Shown here one piece after another: positions 60,622 to 64,000 of a stretch of DNA of 64,000 nt. The notes under the pieces were generated by a model, which ran no database searches, was not told the origin of the DNA, and saw only the letters and a program-made list of their open reading frames with translations. The translations under genes were made by a program, and so were the position numbers. The stretch is from positions 768,001-832,000 of the forward strand of contig CBDBGH010000003.1 of assembly GCA_965205265.1 (NCBI GenBank). The letters run 5' to 3'. Within the stretch, counting starts at the first letter, position 1, and the number at the start of each line of letters is the position of its first letter. Origin of the DNA: Alphaproteobacteria bacterium (GTDB lineage: Bacteria; Pseudomonadota; Alphaproteobacteria; Bin95).

Positions 60622-61632
60622 ATGGGCTACAGGGTCGCCATAGCCGGCGCGACCGGAGCCGTCGGCTACCAGCTTCTGGAAGGACTGCATGAGGCAGCCT
60701 TCCCCGTGGACGACATTGCGGCGCTGGCCTCGCGCAAATCCCAGGGCCGCAAGGTGTCCTTCGGCGATGACGAGCTGGATGTGCAGGTCCTGGACGAGTT
60801 CGACTTCTCCGGCTGGGACATCGCGCTGTTTTCGCCCGGCGGCGCGGTCTCGAAAGCGCATGCGCCGCGCGCCGCCGCTGCGGGCTGCGTCGTCATCGAC
60901 AACACTTCGACTTTCCGCATGGAGCCGGACGTGCCGCTGGTCGTGCCGGAGGTGAACCGGGAGGCGCTCGCGGGCTATTCGCAGCGCAACATCGTCTCGA
61001 ATCCCAACTGCTCGACGATCCAGATGGTGGTGGCGCTGAAGCCGCTGCAGGACGCGCAGCCGATCCGGCGCATCGTGGTCTCGACCTACCAGTCGGTCTC
61101 CGGCGCGGGCCGGAAGGGCATGGACGAGCTCTGGGGCCAGACCCGCGGCGTCTATCAGCTCGAGGACGCGGAGCCGGCCGAATTCACCAAGGAGATCGCC
61201 TTCAATGTCGTGCCGCATATCGACGTCTTCATGGAGGATGGCTCGACGAAGGAAGAGTGGAAGATGGTGAACGAGACCCGGAAGATCCTGGACGCCGACA
61301 TCGCGGTCACCGCGACCTGCGTGCGGGTGCCGGTCTTCGTCGGCCATGCCGAGGCGGTGAATGTCGAGTTCGACGGGCCGATGGACGAGGAAGAGGCATA
61401 CGAGCTGCTGAGCGCGGCCCCCGGCGTGGAGGTTGTGGACCGGCGCCAGGACGGCGGCTATGTCACGCCCAAGGAAGCCGCCGGCGACGACACCGTGTTC
61501 GTCTCGCGCATCCGCCGCGACCCGACGGTGGAGCACGGCCTCAACCTCTGGGTCGTCTCGGACAATCTCCGCAAGGGGGCGGCGACCAACGCCGTCCAGA
61601 TCGCCCGCGAACTCGCCGACGCCTGGCTTTGA
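60622..61632 (+). CDS. asd: Aspartate-semialdehyde dehydrogenase
   Basis: GATGAVG, NPNCSTIQ, STYQSVSGAG, DNLRKGAATNAVQIA. Confidence 0.97.
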   Translation: MGYRVAIAGATGAVGYQLLEGLHEAAFPVDDIAALASRKSQGRKVSFGDDELDVQVLDEFDFSGWDIALFSPGGAVSKAHAPRAAAAGCVVIDNTSTFRMEPDVPLVVPEVNREALAGYSQRNIVSNPNCSTIQMVVALKPLQDAQPIRRIVVSTYQSVSGAGRKGMDELWGQTRGVYQLEDAEPAEFTKEIAFNVVPHIDVFMEDGSTKEEWKMVNETRKILDADIAVTATCVRVPVFVGHAEAVNVEFDGPMDEEEAYELLSAAPGVEVVDRRQDGGYVTPKEAAGDDTVFVSRIRRDPTVEHGLNLWVVSDNLRKGAATNAVQIARELADAWL

Positions 61633-62117
61633 GCATCTGGCCGGAGGGGTTCGCGCCGGAGATTCCGGCGGCCTGGGCGGGGCCGGACGGCTTCATGGCG
61701 CGGGTGCGCTATCTGGAGCTCTTCGAGGCCGTGCTGGAGCCGTTCGGCCGGGCGCTCGGCCTGCCGCCGGACTATCTGGAGCGAACCAATTGCAGCACCT
61801 TCGCGCTGGAGAGCCATGTCGTCTATCTGGACGACGCCCGCCCCGGCGAGCGGCTGCTGTGCCGGTTCCATTTCGCCGATGCCGACGCGAAACGCGTCCA
61901 CTATCTGCAGACGCTCCACCGCGCGCCCGACGGCCCGGCGCTCGCCGCCTATGAGTGCCTGTGCATGCATGTGAACCTGGAACTGCGCCGGGGCCTGCCG
62001 TTTCCCGAAGCGGCGGCAGCACGCGCGGGGAAACTGGTCGAACTTCACCGCCGCCACCCCTGGCCCGTCGGCCCCCGCCTCGCCATCCGCTTCCATGCGG
62101 AGGACGTCGCGGCATAG
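61629..62117 (+). CDS. Hotdog-fold thioesterase-like protein
   Basis: STFALESHVVYL, D.KRVH, E...MHVNL..RR..PFP; TTG start overlaps the asd stop. Confidence 0.7.
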   Translation: MSIWPEGFAPEIPAAWAGPDGFMARVRYLELFEAVLEPFGRALGLPPDYLERTNCSTFALESHVVYLDDARPGERLLCRFHFADADAKRVHYLQTLHRAPDGPALAAYECLCMHVNLELRRGLPFPEAAAARAGKLVELHRRHPWPVGPRLAIRFHAEDVAA

Positions 62118-62123
62118 GCGGCA

Positions 62124-63044
62124 TTACCCTCTGGCAGCGCGGCGAAGGCGGTCGTTGATCGCCCGGCCGAGGCCGCGCTCCGGAATTGCGGCGACGGCGA
62201 TGCCGCCCCCGCCATCGAGCCGGCGCAGCATGGCGAAGAGATTGGCGGCGGCCTCCACGAGGTCGCCCGACGGGCTGAGGTTCAGATCGCCTTCCACGGC
62301 CCCGAAGCCGAGCAAGGCTTCACCCGGGCGGGCCGAGGCCGCGTCCATCCTGAGCGGGCTGTCGGGCGCATAGTGGCGCAGCAGCATGCCGGGGGAGGGG
62401 CGCGGCGCATTGCCGGCCGAGGAGGCGGGCTCGGCGAGCGGACCGGTCTCCGCCTCGATGGCGTCGGCGTCCAGCGCGCCCGGCCTCAGCAGGACCGGCG
62501 GGTCCTCGCCGAGCGCGACCACGGTCGATTCGAGGCCGATCCGGCAGGGGCCGCCGTCGAGCACCGTCGCTGCGCTCTGCCCGAGCTCAGCCGCCGCGTG
62601 GGTCGCCGTCGTGGGGCTGAGGCGCCCGGAGCGATTGGCGCTCGGGCCGACCAGCGGCCGTCCGGCGGCGCGGATCAGCGCTTCCGCCAACGGATGGGCC
62701 GGCCAGCGCAAGGCCAGCGTGTCGAGGCCGGCCGATGCGAGCCAGGAGACCGGGGAGTCCGGCGCGCGCGGCAGCACCAGGGTGAGCGGGCCGGGCCAGA
62801 ACCTGTCCGCAAGGCGGCGGGCGCGGTCGTCGAAGACCGCCAGCGCTTCGGCCTCCTCCCGGCCCGCCACATGGACGATGAGCGGGTTGAAGCGCGGCCG
62901 GCCCTTGGCCTCGAACACGGCGGCGACGGCGCGGTCACAGGTGGCGTCGGCGCCCAGCCCGTAAACGGTCTCGGTCGGGAAGGCGACCAGCCCGCCGGCG
63001 CGGATCGACCGAGCGGCCTCTTCGATAGCCGCCCCCGAGGTCAC
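62124..63044 (-). CDS. tsaC: Threonylcarbamoyl-AMP synthase, Sua5 type
   Basis: VAFPTETVYGLGADA, KGRPRFNPLIVH, PSANRSG, SPGM...HYAP. Confidence 0.95.
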   Translation of the reverse strand: MTSGAAIEEAARSIRAGGLVAFPTETVYGLGADATCDRAVAAVFEAKGRPRFNPLIVHVAGREEAEALAVFDDRARRLADRFWPGPLTLVLPRAPDSPVSWLASAGLDTLALRWPAHPLAEALIRAAGRPLVGPSANRSGRLSPTTATHAAAELGQSAATVLDGGPCRIGLESTVVALGEDPPVLLRPGALDADAIEAETGPLAEPASSAGNAPRPSPGMLLRHYAPDSPLRMDAASARPGEALLGFGAVEGDLNLSPSGDLVEAAANLFAMLRRLDGGGGIAVAAIPERGLGRAINDRLRRAARG

Positions 63045-63808
63045 GACCCGCCCCAGGCGATGAACCAGGGGTTGGAGAAGCGGGCCTTGCCATAGAGCAG
63101 TTCCGGGCCGTCGTTGATTTCGCGCACGGAGCCGCCGGCGGCCGCCAACACGGCGTGGCCCGCGGCCGTGTCCCACTCGTTACTGCCGCCGTAACGTGGA
63201 TAGACATCCGCCTCGCCGCGTGCGATCAGGCAGAATTTGAGCGAGCTGCCGGCGTCGATCTGCCGCGCCACGTCGTAGCGGGCGAGGAAGCGGTCGATTT
63301 CGGTGCCAGCGCCGTATGTGCGGCTGACCGTGACCGTGATGCCGGATGCGGGGAATCGCCTCGTGCAGATTGCGCGCCGGCCGCCGCCGTCCTCCAGGAA
63401 GGCGCCGCCACTCTCCCGGCCCGCATAAAGCTCGCCCGAGGCCGGCAGATAAACGGCGCCCAGCACTGGCCGCCGTTGCTCGATGAGCGCAATGTTGACC
63501 GTGAATTCGGGGATCTTGCGGATGAACTCCTTGGTGCCGTCGAGCGGGTCGACCAGCCAGAACGGCGCGTCGTCGACCTCCGGGACCCGGCCTGCCGCGA
63601 CGCTCTCCTCGGCCACGACCGGTATGTCGGGCGCCAGAGCGGCAAGGCGCTCGATGATCAGGCGTTCGGCGGCCTCGTCCGCCTCCGTCACCTGGCTGCG
63701 GTCTGACTTGCGGCGGGCCTGAAGGTCCGGCGCGCGGAACCAGGGCATGATCAGCTCGCCCGCCTCGCGCGCGATCCGGCAGACGGACTCGAGCAGCTTT
63801 TCCTGCAT
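63041..63808 (-). CDS. cysQ: 3'(2'),5'-bisphosphate nucleotidase
   Basis: VTEAD, WLVDPLDGTKEF, GSSLKFC, EWDTAAG. Confidence 0.95.
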   Translation of the reverse strand: MQEKLLESVCRIAREAGELIMPWFRAPDLQARRKSDRSQVTEADEAAERLIIERLAALAPDIPVVAEESVAAGRVPEVDDAPFWLVDPLDGTKEFIRKIPEFTVNIALIEQRRPVLGAVYLPASGELYAGRESGGAFLEDGGGRRAICTRRFPASGITVTVSRTYGAGTEIDRFLARYDVARQIDAGSSLKFCLIARGEADVYPRYGGSNEWDTAAGHAVLAAAGGSVREINDGPELLYGKARFSNPWFIAWGGS

Positions 63809-63834
63809 GAGCGCGTTCCGTGCCTCGTCCGGCT

Positions 63835-64000
63835 CTAGCCGGCCCGCTCGTTCAGGTAGTGGAGCGGCAGGCCGGCCTCTGGCCAGTCGCAGGAAACCAG
63901 CCTGCCGGAATGGGAGAGCGTGATGAAGGCGGTGCGCAGGTCCGGGCCGCCGAAGCAGATATTGGTCGTGTAAGGGTCCGGCATCGGCACATGCTCCAAC
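63835..64000 (-). CDS. 3' end of an SMP-30/gluconolactonase family protein (partial, runs off the window)
   Basis: PDPYTTNICFGGPDLRTAFITLS..GRLV..DWP..GL.L. Confidence 0.8.
   Translation of the reverse strand, partial: LEHVPMPDPYTTNICFGGPDLRTAFITLSHSGRLVSCDWPEAGLPLHYLNERAG

Overview
High-GC chromosomal segment of an alphaproteobacterium, probably Rhodospirillales-like (inferred from gene order). Most of it is core housekeeping: pgsA-mobB-moaD-moaE, ftsB-pdhABC-lpdA-lipA-ratA, msrA, bpt, gabD-rpiA-gor, metK-trmB-rimP-nusA-ylxR-infB-rbfA-truB-rpsO-pnp, tim44-fabI-aroC, fxsA/secB, fur, asd and cysQ-tsaC. Accessory catabolic genes are interspersed: four luciferase-like monooxygenases, SDRs, a CoA transferase, a haloacetate-dehalogenase-like hydrolase and an orphan Mo-hydroxylase subunit. 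Three accessory loci stand out. (1) A 1,916-bp IS1634-family element (17-bp TIRs, 43288-45203) is flanked by a 466-bp direct repeat that duplicates the whole fxsA gene. (2) A ~5.9-kb insert encodes a 1.66-kaa Calx-beta/Ig autotransporter-like adhesin. It is preceded by an (AGCGCCG)~12 tract that currently holds the only SD-bearing ATG out of frame (candidate phase-variable OFF state), is bracketed by a 63-bp imperfect direct repeat, and carries two apparently Cys-less glutaredoxin-fold repeats. (3) A toxin-antitoxin mosaic: MNT-HEPN fusion, Phd antitoxin and a PIN-toxin stub. No rRNA, tRNA or CRISPR array was recognised. All calls come from reading the sequence; no searches were run.
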